Shown here one piece after another: positions 39,729 to 64,000 of a stretch of DNA of 64,000 nucleotides. The notes under the pieces are model-generated. The model had not been told where the DNA came from. It did not search any database and was given only the letters and a program-made list of their open reading frames with translations. The translations under genes were made by a program, and so were the position numbers. The stretch is from the human T2T-CHM13v2.0 reference genome, Homo sapiens, in assembly GCF_009914755.1 (NCBI RefSeq), contig NC_060936.1; one strand, given 5' to 3'. Position 1 is the first letter of the stretch. Each line of letters begins with the position of its first letter.

Positions 39729-40324
39729 AAGGAAGAGGAGGAGGAGGGCTCTTTTGTTATGCATAGAAGACCCGCGCACGTCCCCGCGGCTTGCCGCGCC
39801 CGGGGACCCCGGGCACAGCCAGAGGACAGGAAAGCAGATGGGGTTTGGAAGAACGATCTACACCCTCTGGATGCTGCTGCCGCCATCCCCGCCCGCCCTC
39901 AGCAACCTGTGCGGAAGCGGAGTTGTCCAGACTTGCCGGGGCAAACTTCTTAACATCGCACGCTGGTGTGACACATGAACCATGGTTACCGCTCTGCTGC
40001 GAGCAGATGGCACGCCAGTTAGCCCTGGAGACAAGACTGGAAGCCAAACCAGAAGTTTTTCTAACTTTTTTTTGTTTGTTTGTTTTGTGTGTGTGGCAAA
40101 TCCGGAAATGTTTTTTGGTGTTCCCTTTTCGGCAAATTGCAAATAATTAGGAGGGAAAAAGCTTTATATAAAAAAGTAGTTCTTTGCAATAGGGACTAGC
40201 ATTCTGGGAGACAGTCTAGAAAATTTCCTCAACACCACTGATCTGTATTAAATGTTTCACTTCTTTCATCCTACAGTTTCTTGTTTAAAATATGAATGTT
40301 GGTAGAGATGGACTTTTTACAAAA

Positions 40325-40695
40325 CAGACTTTATTGTTTAGAAGTTTTCAATTTACAGAAAAATTGAGATAGTACCAAGAATTCCCATATATTCAGCACC
40401 CAATTTCACCCACTATTAACATTTTGTGTTAGTATAGAATATTTTTTGAAATTAATGATCTAATATTGGTACATTCTTCTGAGCTCAAGTCATTACTTTA
40501 TTCAGATTTACTTAATTTTTTCCTAATGGCCCTTTTTTCTGTTCAGGATACCACATTACCTTTAGTTCCTATGTCTCTAGGCTCCTCTTGGCTATGACAG
40601 TTTCTCATACTTTCCTCATTTTTGATACCTGGACATTTTTGAGTAGTATTGGTCAAGTATTTTGTAAGATATCCCTCAACTGAAATGTGAGACAG
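40325..40695 (-). mobile_element. L1MC-like 3' end
   Basis: ggataccacatt...gctcctcttggctatgacagtttctc motif. Confidence 0.65.
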
Positions 40696-40819
40696 CCTTC
40701 TTAAAGCATCAGACATTCTTAAATGTACAGACATGTCCCTACCCCCCATCTACTTTACAGCAAAGGTATCATTTTCCTTTCTATACCAAGACTCCATTCT
40801 TCACCACTTACCCTCCAAA

Positions 40820-41128
40820 TATTTTTATTTTATTTTATTTTTGGAGACGGAGTCTTGCACTGTCACCCAGGCTAGAGTGTAGTGGCCCAATCTCGGCTCA
40901 CTGAAACCTCCACCTCCTGGGTTCAAGCGATTCTCTGCCCCAGCCTCCCGAGTAGCTGGGACTACAGCCGTGCGCCACCACGCCCAGCTAATTTTTGTAT
41001 TTTTAGTAGAGATGGGGTTTTGCTGTGTTGGCCAGGTTGGTCTCGAACTCCTAACCTCAGGTGATCTGCCTGCCTGCCTTGGCCTCCCAAAGTGCTGGGA
41101 TTACAGGTGTGAGACACCGTGCCCGGCC
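40820..41128 (-). mobile_element. Alu (AluS-like)
   Basis: Full dimer with T-rich tail on +. Confidence 0.92.
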
Positions 41129-41459
41129 TCAAATACATATATTTTAAATGAACTCTCAGCAGAATTCAGAATGCTCAATCAAGTCCTTCACTTCGTACTC
41201 TAGATTGCTGGTAAATACGGCCTAAAAAAAAAAAAATCACTGCTAGGTCATACATTGAAAAGAGAAAAGTATGCAAAACATTAAACAAAAGAAAATAGTA
41301 ATAAAAATCTGACATTTTTTATAGGAATAACATTTTGAACTGAAATCTCTTTTGTAGGTAGAAACCTAATGAGAAGTTTAAACAATAAAAAATTGCAACT
41401 TATTAAATTTTGCACATATGTGGAAGCAGAAGTTTAGATAAGGAAATACTTTTCCCAAC

Positions 41460-41890
41460 AGTATTCATTTTCTATGGCTGTTGTAACAAATTACAACTGG
41501 CTTATAAGGACAGAGATTTAGTCTCTCACAGTTCTGGAAAGTTAAGGTATTCCCAGGGCCACACTCCCTCTGGGGCTCTTGTCCTTTTCCTCTTCCAGTT
41601 TCTGGTGGCTGTTAACAGTCCTTGACACGTGGCAGCCTCACTCCAATTTCTACCTCCATAGTTACGTTGCTTTCTCTTTTGTCTGTTAAGTCTCTCCTGT
41701 GTGTCTCCTATGAGGACACCTGTCAATGAATTTAGGTCCCACCTGGATAGTCCAGGATGATCTCATCTTGAGATCTTCAATTTAATTGCATCTGGGAAGA
41801 TCCTCTTTCCAGAGTAACATTCCTTCATGGGTTCTGGGGATTAGGACATGGATACACCTTTTTGGGGCCCACCATTCAGCCTTCTAGACC
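41460..41890 (-). mobile_element. MaLR solo LTR (MLT1-like)
   Basis: gtattcattttctatggctgttgtaacaaatta...tctcacagttctgga...ccaccattcagcc. Confidence 0.75.
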
Positions 41891-42571
41891 AACATTCAAA
41901 TTATTAAAGTCCATTCATTTCTCTGATATTTCAAAATACTAATGATCGTTTCTTTGAGGTTAGACAGTTTCACGGTACAGGGCTTTTCCTAACATTTTTA
42001 GAGTAAAAGTACTTTTTCTATTTTGATACAAATGTAATTTCTATTCAAGTTACAAAAAAAACTCAGTTGGATACATCACTTCAGGCACTTATAATTTCAT
42101 TGATTATAAGAGTTATCTTAGATTTGGAGGAAAACTGAAAAATAAATGTTTGATGGACAAATTCAGAGACATTATTCCAACACACTTATTTATATTGATG
42201 TTTTTAAGTCCCAGAATGCATACATAACCTGTTAATCTCTCGGTAATTCAGTTGACACTGATGTTGGCTGGGAACTAGGCTGGAGTATCAAGAAGAGTCT
42301 CGACATGTGACCTCTCCATATGGCCTGGTCTAGATATCCTGGTAGCTCAAGGTAGTTGGACTTCTTCCAGGGTGGCTCCTGGGATCCAAAATGAATGTGT
42401 CATGTAGCAAAGTGGAAATAGTATCACCTTTTGTGACGTAGCCTAAGAACTGATAGCATCAATTCCACTACAGTTTTTGGGAGGAAACAGTCAAAAATCC
42501 ATCCACATTCAAGGGGAGAAGACATATACCTCACTCTCAATGGGAGAAGTGTCAAAGAATTTGGGGCCATA

Positions 42572-43538
<967 letters not shown>

Positions 43539-45785
43539 ACATATTTTAAAACTACCGCACCAGGTTTTGTGCCAATTGGAGTATCCTATGACTCTACCTC
43601 AATAATTTCTGCCTGAGACATCATTGACTTTGAAACAGTATAGTGTTACCTACATGGCAGCTCTCCCTACATTTCTGTATTGTGCTAATCTTGTAGTTCT
43701 CAACCTTGTCTATTCTTTATAGTCATCTGGGGGAGATTTAAAAAAATACCAGCAGCTGAACCCCACACCTAGAGATTTCTAATTTACTTGATCTGGAATT
43801 GGCCCTTGGGTATCAAGTATTTTTTAAGTGCTTAGTGTGTTGTTCCTTAGCATCTTGCTAGTTGTACTCTTCTTTCATTGATTCTTTTGGATGCTTCTGA
43901 CTCAGTGATTTCAGAAATGGATCCTCACGTCCCATCAATGAGGACAGGAAGAGCCGGACAGGTGTGCTGCCCTCCAGAGTAGGCACAGAGGTTTAAAGGG
44001 GCTGCATCTCGCTGGTTTGTGGCAATGTCACTGGTTTTTGGAAGGAGTTGAGGCTGTAAATGAGGAATCTGATGAGCAGGGTGGAGCTGTAACAGAAGAG
44101 TGAGTAACAAAGGCTGTGCTCAGAAGGATGTATATACAGATTATGTCTGACATTCCTCTCTGCAAAAATCTCCACCACTTCTCAAACCTGTGAATAGTCT
44201 TTTACCCTTTTGGGGTTTCACATCCCAAGATTAATCACACTTTACAGAAAAAAAGAGATTTATCACATTTTACAGAAAGAATATACCGTAGTAAAAGTAC
44301 AATTCATGTCAGTCAGCTCTAGGGCAAGATAGTGTGAGTTGTTCGGTTAAAGTATCAGCCTCCTCACATACTTTCCTTTTCTCCCACTACTGCAAGTGCA
44401 GTCATCTTGGTGTGACATCTGTTCTCAAAAGAGCAGCCACAGAAAGGAATTGGTAACTGATTTTTCACCACAAAGGTAACAGGGATCTTGACTTCACATC
44501 GTGGCAGTTGTCAAGTTTCTTTGCATGGACCTGTTCAACAGTTCTTAAACTGAGTCTTGCCATTTAAAATGCACTTTAGTCTTCAGCCATTTGTGGGTCT
44601 GAGAATGTGATGCATTTGCTTCTCTATTTGATAACAACTTCAGAGAAGGCAAAAAAATCTATTCTTGGAGCAACTATAAGCAATGTGAGGAGAATATGAG
44701 AAACCAAAGTGATTGGTTCCTGCTCATGACCTTAGCCACAATAAAAGAAAATAAGGCCAAAGGGCATTTGTGGCTCCCATCTCAAATGACATCCAGATGT
44801 CCAGCTATTTAAAGGGAGGTGCCTCAGCTGTGATCAAATGTCCCATAAGGAATGGAGGGAATTCATTCTTTAAGTTTTAGACTCCTTGTGATCGTTAGCA
44901 CTATGGAGCAAGGTCGGTGTTCTTAAAATAGTCACGTGATTTGCATCCTCGCTGAATGCATATAGTGTATTTGGTATGCATATGTGTGTATGTGTGTATT
45001 TGTGTGTCCATGCTGAAGGCAGAGGCCGGGGAGGAAGTTGTGTTAAAGCAAACATTCCAGATCACAGTGGACTGGGTGAATTTTAAGTTGGGTGTTTCTG
45101 GGAAAAGTATGAGAATGATGAGTGTATAATGGACCACTCCTTTACATAATGCTGCATTTATGCTGCAGGTTTGGGCAAGGTTATTTGGAGGCAACACAGT
45201 GCACCCATTGGTGCAATAAAAATGGGATGGACTACTGCCCTGGAAGTGAGATTCTGGAGAAAATGGGGAACACAAGCTTCCCTCTAATCACCAAAGTCTT
45301 ATCCAGACGGGAAGGAATTCACTTTGAGGAGTAGAGGGACATAGATTCTAGGTCAACCTTGAGAATGAACTTCCTGGGTACCTAGAACAAAGCATGTTCC
45401 CTATATAGGCCTTAGTTTTCTCTGTGAAGTGATGGGCTGACTTGGAAGACCTCTGTAGAACCTGTGAATTCTTAATATTTAATGCTTAATACTTAATTAT
45501 TCTTAATATTTAAATATTAAGTTTTATTATAATACTTACTTGGATACTTAGTATATCCCTTAAAATGATTTGCTATTGACTCCTAATCACTCGGTGTGGA
45601 AATGTAAGAATATTGCTAAAACCACTTTCTTATTTTCATGTTTGGTGAAACTGAACACATTCTCACTAAATTACATTGTGTACATTTATACATTAATAAT
45701 GAGAATGTTAAATATTGGGCCAAAGTGACCTTTGTGACCTTCATTTTTAGAAGCTTAGAATTAAATGGCTGAAGGTAACTTTTAA

Positions 45786-46109
<324 letters not shown>

Positions 46110-47367
46110 TAGCATTTGTTTATTATGATACGTTGTAGGATGAAATGAGAATTTTTTCAGTTTGCAGTGGAAAGAGGAGTTTGGAGTAAGGGGTGATGGA
46201 GAGAGGAGTTTGGGGTTAGCAGCTCAGGGACTGAAAACTTAAGTTCAAATACAATGAATGCATTTTTCTAACCTAGAGCCACCTCATCGGATGTAGAGCT
46301 TTCTACCTTGAAAAAACTAGAGATGTGGGATATTGAACCCACCATCTCTTCACTAAACAATCCGAGGGAAATATTAATGGACAAAGGTTAAAGTATTGTC
46401 TGCACAAAATCAATGTTAAAATACAAACTTCCTGGAAAGAGTAATCATTTAACCAACATCATCTATGTAGCACATAAGACATCTTTACTCAAAACATACC
46501 TGGGGGTTAACTTTAAAGTAGGAAACAATGTTTTCTCTGTAACATCTTATATATAGTACTGAAATCTCTAATCTTGTTCAAAGACTCACCCTGCCTTCCC
46601 AGTAAATTTTGGGAGTCCTCAATCATCCATACTCTTGTAGAAGTTCTTTCAGCCTCTGTGACACCCCAGGACTCCACTGACATGTGTTGGCTTCTTTCTG
46701 CCCCACTGCTGATGCATGACATCAGGCATCTCCAGGTAGCACAACTCCTTCCTGCTAACTAAGCTGTCATCACTCAGAAGGGCAGGGAGCTCTGTATCCT
46801 CCATCAAGGGAGCCAGCTGCTGCTACTGCCATCAGTCTGGGTCTTTGCTGTGTCTAAGACTGGGGCTCCTGCTGCTACTGGTTCTGCAGAGTGTGGAAGA
46901 TGGCACTGACCGCCCTCTCAAACCCTCACACTGTCTGCAAAGTCATATCAGGCCAGCACATCTCTGATATCTAATATTTTGTTGCATTTATTTCTTCCCT
47001 CTTAGGCCTACATCTGTTTATTAAGCTGGTCTAATATTCTTTTTTTCTGTATGTCTAATTTCTATTTATTTAGCTGATGAAGTTAAATTCTTCCTATTGT
47101 TTTGACTCAAGGAGGATCTCTTCCTGTTATCGCATTCGGTTTTACTGGATGTCTCATTGTTTAATAATGTTCCCATGTGGCCACTTCTGCTATTTTCTTA
47201 AGCTTGCTGAAATTTGCACTAGGAATTTCTTTTTCCATTTTACTGATTTCTTTACTTTTCTGATGATTATTAAATATTTTATTGATGTTTGCAATTACAA
47301 TGACATAATGCTAGAGTATCCTTTTAGGGTAGTTTGTTTTTGTTCTTTTCTCTAATTTTTTTGGTAA

Positions 47368-48385
<1,018 letters not shown>

Positions 48386-48848
48386 TATTTTTTTTTAATA
48401 TTTAAAAATATCAAGAAGATTCTACCTTAGTCTCTGTCAACATAAACCAAGCAAAATAGTTAGTTGAAAAATAATACAGTTATGTAGACAATTTTCTTTT
48501 CTTCTCCATTGACTCTTTTAAAGGAGTAAAAAATTATAAGGTCATATGAAGCATTTGACAACATATTTTAAAGAGAGGAAAGCAGACAATTTTGCCAATA
48601 TGAGATACCACATGTTATAACTATATGGCTAATTTTTTTTTAAAAAGCAAGAGATGAATTAACATTTTTACAATAGTAAGAAAATAATTGGGCTTTCACC
48701 ATTATCTAATGATTTTTTCATTAAATATGCAATTACACAGTGAAGAAAGGAAATCACCATAGAGTCTGTGAGGCTGATAAGAGGCAAGATTCACTGAATT
48801 TAAGAGCTGTTAAAAGGACATCTTGAAGTTTTCTAATTAAAGTGGTAG

Positions 48849-49755
48849 TCTGATAGTTAATTTTATATGTCAATTTGTATGGGCCATGATGTCCAGATAT
48901 TTGGCCAAACATTGTTCTAGAAGTTTCTATAAAGATACTGCTATGGTTTGGATGTCTCCTCCCAAACTCATATTGAAATTTAATTGCCTTAGAACAGTAG
49001 GAGTGTTAATACAAAAATTTTTCAAAAAATTTAATCACCATTGTAAGAGTGCTAAAAAATGGGGCTTTAAGATGAAGCGATTAGGCCACGAAGATTAATG
49101 GCCATGAGGACTGGATTAATGCCATTATCTTGGGAGTGGGTCAGTTATCTCTGGAGTGTGTTCCTGATAGAAAGGTTCAGCTCAATTTTCTCTCTCTCCC
49201 TTACTCGCTCTCTGTGTGATGACTTCTGCCCATTATGATGCAGCAATAAGGCCCTCACCAGATGTAGTCCCTTGATCCTCTACTTCCCATCCTCTAAAAC
49301 TGAGCCAAAAAAAGAGAAAAAAAATTGTCTTTGTAAGTTATTCCCTCTTAGGTATTCTGTTATAGCAGCAGAAAATGGACAAAGATGGGAGCTTTGGTTG
49401 AGATTTACATTTAAATTGGTGGACTTTGAGTAAAGCAGATTGCCCTTCATAATCTGAGTGGTCCTCATCCCATCACTGAAGGCTGAACAAGAACAAAATG
49501 ATGACCTTCCTGGAGCAAGAGTCAATTCTGCCTTCTGACATCATCTGCAACCTCTGTTCTTCTTGGTTCATACAATAGACTGCCTTTGGACTCAAAGTGT
49601 AACTCTTCCCTAAATTTTCAGTCTGCCAGCCTCCTTCATCAGATTTTGGACTTGCCAGAGTGCCATAGATCACATGAGCCAATTCCTCAGAATAAATGTC
49701 TTTCCGTATATACACCCTATTGGTTCTGTTTCTCTGGAAAACCCTGGGTAATACA
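48849..49755 (+). mobile_element. MLT2-like (ERVL) LTR with an MST-like LTR (~48939-49386) inserted
   Basis: tgatagttaattttatatgtcaa start and cctattggttctgtttctctggaaaaccctg end; MST-type tgctatggtttggatgt start. Confidence 0.75.
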
Positions 49756-50669
49756 GGTAGCCTAATATTTTTGTTTGTTTGCTTGTTTTGAAATAATCAT
49801 AGTTGGCTCTTTGAAAGAATCCAAAACAATCTTGTCCCTCAGGCCAATGGCAATCTCATGGTTAACCTGAAAGATGGCACCGAGATGAATATATATTAAT
49901 AGCATTCAATCTCAATGAAAAGTATTTATGACCTAGGTAACTCAGAAAGCATTCATAAATCCTTCAGCTAGTTTTATTTACTCTTTGCACATTAATTATT
50001 AATACTTGTAATGAAACAATAACACTATTATGCATTGGCAGAACCCTTTCGGTACAGAAGACACCAGGCACTTTATGAGGTGCTGGGAGCCAGTTTCTGC
50101 TCTCAATGCGTATATAGTTCTCTGACTTGAGCCAGCCAGAGCGTAAGTAGCATTTATGCCTGAATTACAGACAAGGGGTTACCTTAAAGCTATATTCAGA
50201 ATTCGAATACTGCTTATCTCCTCCCACGCAACCACCCAATTTTAAACCCCCTTCATCTCTCCCATGGATCATTTTAATAGTCTCAAAACTGATCTCCCTG
50301 CATGTTGTCCCTCTGTAACTTGTTCCTCAACAGCAGCTACAGGAATCCAATTAAAATATCAGGTTGTGTCCCCTCTCTGCTGCAAACACTCTCATTTCTC
50401 CAACTCATTCAAAATAAGAGCCGAAGTCCTCCCAGTGGCTTGAGAGGCCATAAGGATTTGTCTTCTTTTTACTGCTCTCATCTTATCACCTTCAGTTATT
50501 CCCTTTGTTTTCTTTGCTTCAGCCACACTTGGCTCTTTGTGGGTCCTTGGAAACACTTGTTATTCTTCTGCTCCAGGAATATGCATTTACATGCATGTTC
50601 TCCCTGCCTGGAATACTTTCCATCCAGTATTTCATCAAGGGCTGCATAGCTCTTTCCTTTTCTTTCAGA

Positions 50670-53765
<3,096 letters not shown>

Positions 53766-54399
53766 AGGTCTTTGCTCAAACATCACCTCCTCTGTGAAGT
53801 CTTCTCTGACCGCTACAACTATCCTGAGCGCTCACTCTCAGCATTCCCTATCTACTTTGTCTGTTTTGTCTTTCTCTAGAATGCTTTCAGTATTTGGCAC
53901 ATTGCATACTTTGTTTATGTTTTCATTTTCTGTCTTTCTTTTTATACGTATAACATCTATGAAGTCATCCTTTTTTTGTCTGTATATTCAGTGCTGTGTG
54001 TCCAGTGCCTGGAACTGTGCTGCCATGTATGAGACACTCAAGGACTGTATGCCAACCCAAAGATGATGACCCTTATTGACCTGCTAAACCACAAATAAAG
54101 CTTTGAGGAAGACATTTTGGGTCCTTGTGATAACACAGTTCAGAAACTCATTAGTATGGTTCAGATAATTGATGTACTATGTTCTATCAGGACACGTAAT
54201 TGTGAGAAAACCAGAGTTAGACGTAATGGCAATATCAGCTTGCCTCACAGATGTGAAACTGGCTGTCCTTGAGCTGAAATGACACCCTGGTGTTTTATGT
54301 TGTTGTTTTTGTTCTTCACAGTGTTATACTTTTTTTGAGAATTTTAATTTTGTATCTATTTTTACTAGTGGCTAACTGGATACTTTTACATTACAAATC

Positions 54400-61310
<6,911 letters not shown>

Positions 61311-64000
61311 AATGAATATTAGCATAAGAGTAGCACAAGACGAGGCAGGGAGTTTCAGACCTGAGCATATGTCCGAGAGCAAGCCATGCCAAAACTTGCT
61401 GGATTCAAACCACAACAGCTTATTATTCTCAGTGTTGGCTTGAACTGTGGCAGGGTGAAGCTCAGTGTTTCCTCTGCTTCATGCGATTGTATCTGGGGTG
61501 ATTCATGTGGCTGGATTCAATGGGTAGCTCAGCTGGGAGCTGCAACATGCAAGGCCTTTGTCTCTCAGGGCCACTTTCCACATCATTCAGTGTTTAGTCT
61601 GGACTTTCCTACATCGTGGTGGCTAGACAACAGTTTAGTTCATCTTTTCATCTAGCCCTTGCTTTATCCCTTCAGCCCATTCCCTAAACTCCAAAGAAAC
61701 ATAAGACACAAGACCTGCTCATGAAGTTCTTTCTAGCTCCTCTGCTTACCTTCTACCCATCAACATTTTTCTCATCTTATAATGCCATCTCAACTAGCAC
61801 TTTCTTGATGAAGTCTAGGTCATTTTCACATACCCTTTAATAGCAGCACCTCAGTTACTTCTTGGCTCTCCACAGAATGCTATTTGTCCCCCTGTCTTGG
61901 TTTATCTTGTTGTGTGTTTTTCATTCTGTCTTCCGCCTTGTGTTTTGTTCAGCTGTTTAATTGCTCTAGGAAAAGCCTGGCTTTACCCCATGAGTACTAT
62001 TCTGGGAACTACTTTTGTGTGGTCTTGAGAACATCTTCTCTTCAGACACATGTCCTATTTAGGTGTCTCAACTTTCATAAGAGAATGTCAACTCTTTCCA
62101 TTTGGACTGACCAATGAAACATATGAAATTGAGCACTGTAAAATAATTTGTACTTCAAATTCTTGTCAGAGGTTATAACCTACAAATCTCTGCTACCTAG
62201 AACCTATCAAAAGCTCACTTATCAAAAGTAATATAGATGGAGAATCGCCTGAAGGATATGCAGTCCATCCTTTCTCTAGACACATTCAATTTTATTCCTG
62301 GATTAAGCCAAACCAAGAGAGAACTGCAGCCTGAAATACTTTTGTTTTAGTTTCCTAGAGAATTGCTTTAATGGAATTGCTCTCAGCATTATGCCATAGG
62401 CTTTCATTTTGAAGGACATTATGAGGAAAAGCCTTTTTACCTTTTTGCCAATAAATTCAAAAATCTAGATGAAATAGGTGATTCTAAAAAATTGTGAATT
62501 ATTAAAATGGACTCAAGTGGAGTCAGAGAAACATGAATAGACTGATGACCATGACCAAGGAGGGAATTGTGAAGATGGCTGAAGATCTATTCTCCACTAG
62601 AGCTAAGCCCATTTGTTTTTTTTAGTCGTTATCTACTGTGTTTATTTAGCTAGCAATTGTGTGTCTCTCCCTATCTTATTCTCTGTTTTTTTTTTCTTTT
62701 TTTTTTTTTTTGGTATAAATACTATGCCGTCCTTTGGGGATGGATCCTCTCCTACCCCAATTATATGATACTATGATAGCAGAAAACAATTGTACACTGA
62801 CTCAGGTATGTTTGAGTATAGTAGCCTATATCCTTGTATATATTAATCCAAGGTGGGGCAGGTGACCCAACAAAGTTAATTGAGTCCTGTCTTGTAATAT
62901 GTAGTATTGTATTTATGGGAAAAGGTCTCTTCTGGGTTGCTAAATGGCAATGGTGTAAGCCTAGAACTGGGTATGGTCACAGCTACCCTCTCCCACATAG
63001 ATGAAGCTGATCTGCAATAAGAGAGAGAGAACTCAGAGAGGGATAGGGGGGTGGGGTTGGTATACAGTGACAAAGACAGACACACACACACACATACACA
63101 CACAGTTAGAAACCTCTGACTGACCAAGAAATGGAGACTGAGACAGGCAGAGATGCATAAGGCATAGAACTTAGACGCAGACATAGAAATAAAGAAAAAG
63201 AGGAAAAGAGAAAGATCGAACATTGTCTATCAGTGCTACTCCTGTCCTTCCTACATGTGAGATAATAATTTTTTTAAATTTCTTTTTTTTTTTTTTGCTA
63301 AAGCTAATTTTATTTAGTCATCTTTCACTTGCAGGTGAAATACTTCTGACCCAAATTGTTTTATTGGTGAATTAAAATAATAATTAAGGAACAGATAATT
63401 CCTTTGTTCTTTTTGCTATTCCAAAGCAGAGGGAAAAACACCCATAACATTTTTCCACCTGTTTTATAAGGCTAGTGTAACTATGATATAAAAACTGAAA
63501 AGTCACAGCACATGAAAACAACGAGTATAAGACTATAGATGCATATATCCTAAATGTAACCAGAAGACATCTATCTCTTTATCCTCACAGGCTGGTTCCA
63601 TTTGGCCCTGAATTATTCACTGCAGATCTTACCCTCTTCTCTGGTTTGCACAGAAAACTCAGTCACGTTGTCCCTGTCCAGACAGACAAGGTTTTGCTGT
63701 GGTAATAAATAAACCCAAGTTCTCAATGGTTTTAAACAATGAAAGCCTATTTCTTGCTTGCTCTTCCCAGGGTCAGCTGGGGATTTCCTCACTGAGGACT
63801 ATACAGGCTTTCAGAGTATCAACCATTTGGCACATTACTTAGTGATTGCTACAAAAGGAAGGAAACATGGAGGATATTTGAGCTCTTGAAGCATATCACA
63901 GAGATGATATACTTAATATTCATTTACATGTCACTGGCCAAGGGAAGTCACATGTCTGCATCTATCTTTTAAAGGTTGATTAAGAGCAATCCTACTTTCA

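Larger units (their letters stand above)
38780..40150. promoter_or_regulatory. CpG island / E2F7 promoter
   Basis: Abrupt rise in GC and CpG density spanning exon 1 and the start of intron 1. Confidence 0.92.

Noticed and set aside
38782-40150. Many long overlapping ORFs (up to 192 aa) on both strands
   Set aside because: Expected from stop-codon scarcity in a CpG island; low-complexity G/A/R/P translations with no recognisable domain

Overview
This is primate (most likely human) genomic DNA, not prokaryotic. The minus strand carries the 5' ~39.4 kb of E2F7, the atypical E2F repressor with two DNA-binding domains. I traced a non-coding exon 1 in a CpG island (~38.8-40.15 kb) and coding exons 2-11. 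All have GT-AG boundaries and consistent phases, and together they give codons 1-713 plus one base; the 3' exons lie left of base 1. The promoter has four CCAAT boxes (two spaced 32 bp apart), several E2F sites and GC boxes. The ~24 kb upstream region contains no recognisable gene and is mostly nested L1, Alu, MaLR/ERVL LTR and DNA-transposon remnants, plus one repeat-poor candidate enhancer block at ~44-46 kb. Most entries in the ORF track are repeat-derived or chance ORFs. I found no convincing new multi-gene system. The best leads are regulatory: a start codon whose Kozak context is built by splicing, an MPPPGC uORF, an open in-frame CUG/GUG 5' extension, an unexplained ~173-bp diverged direct repeat in intron 4 with a conserved sense AATAAA, inverted Alus around exon 10, in-frame exon modularity of the two DBDs, and a perfect DR3 element. 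Repeat family names come from remembered consensus sequences, and repeat edges are approximate.
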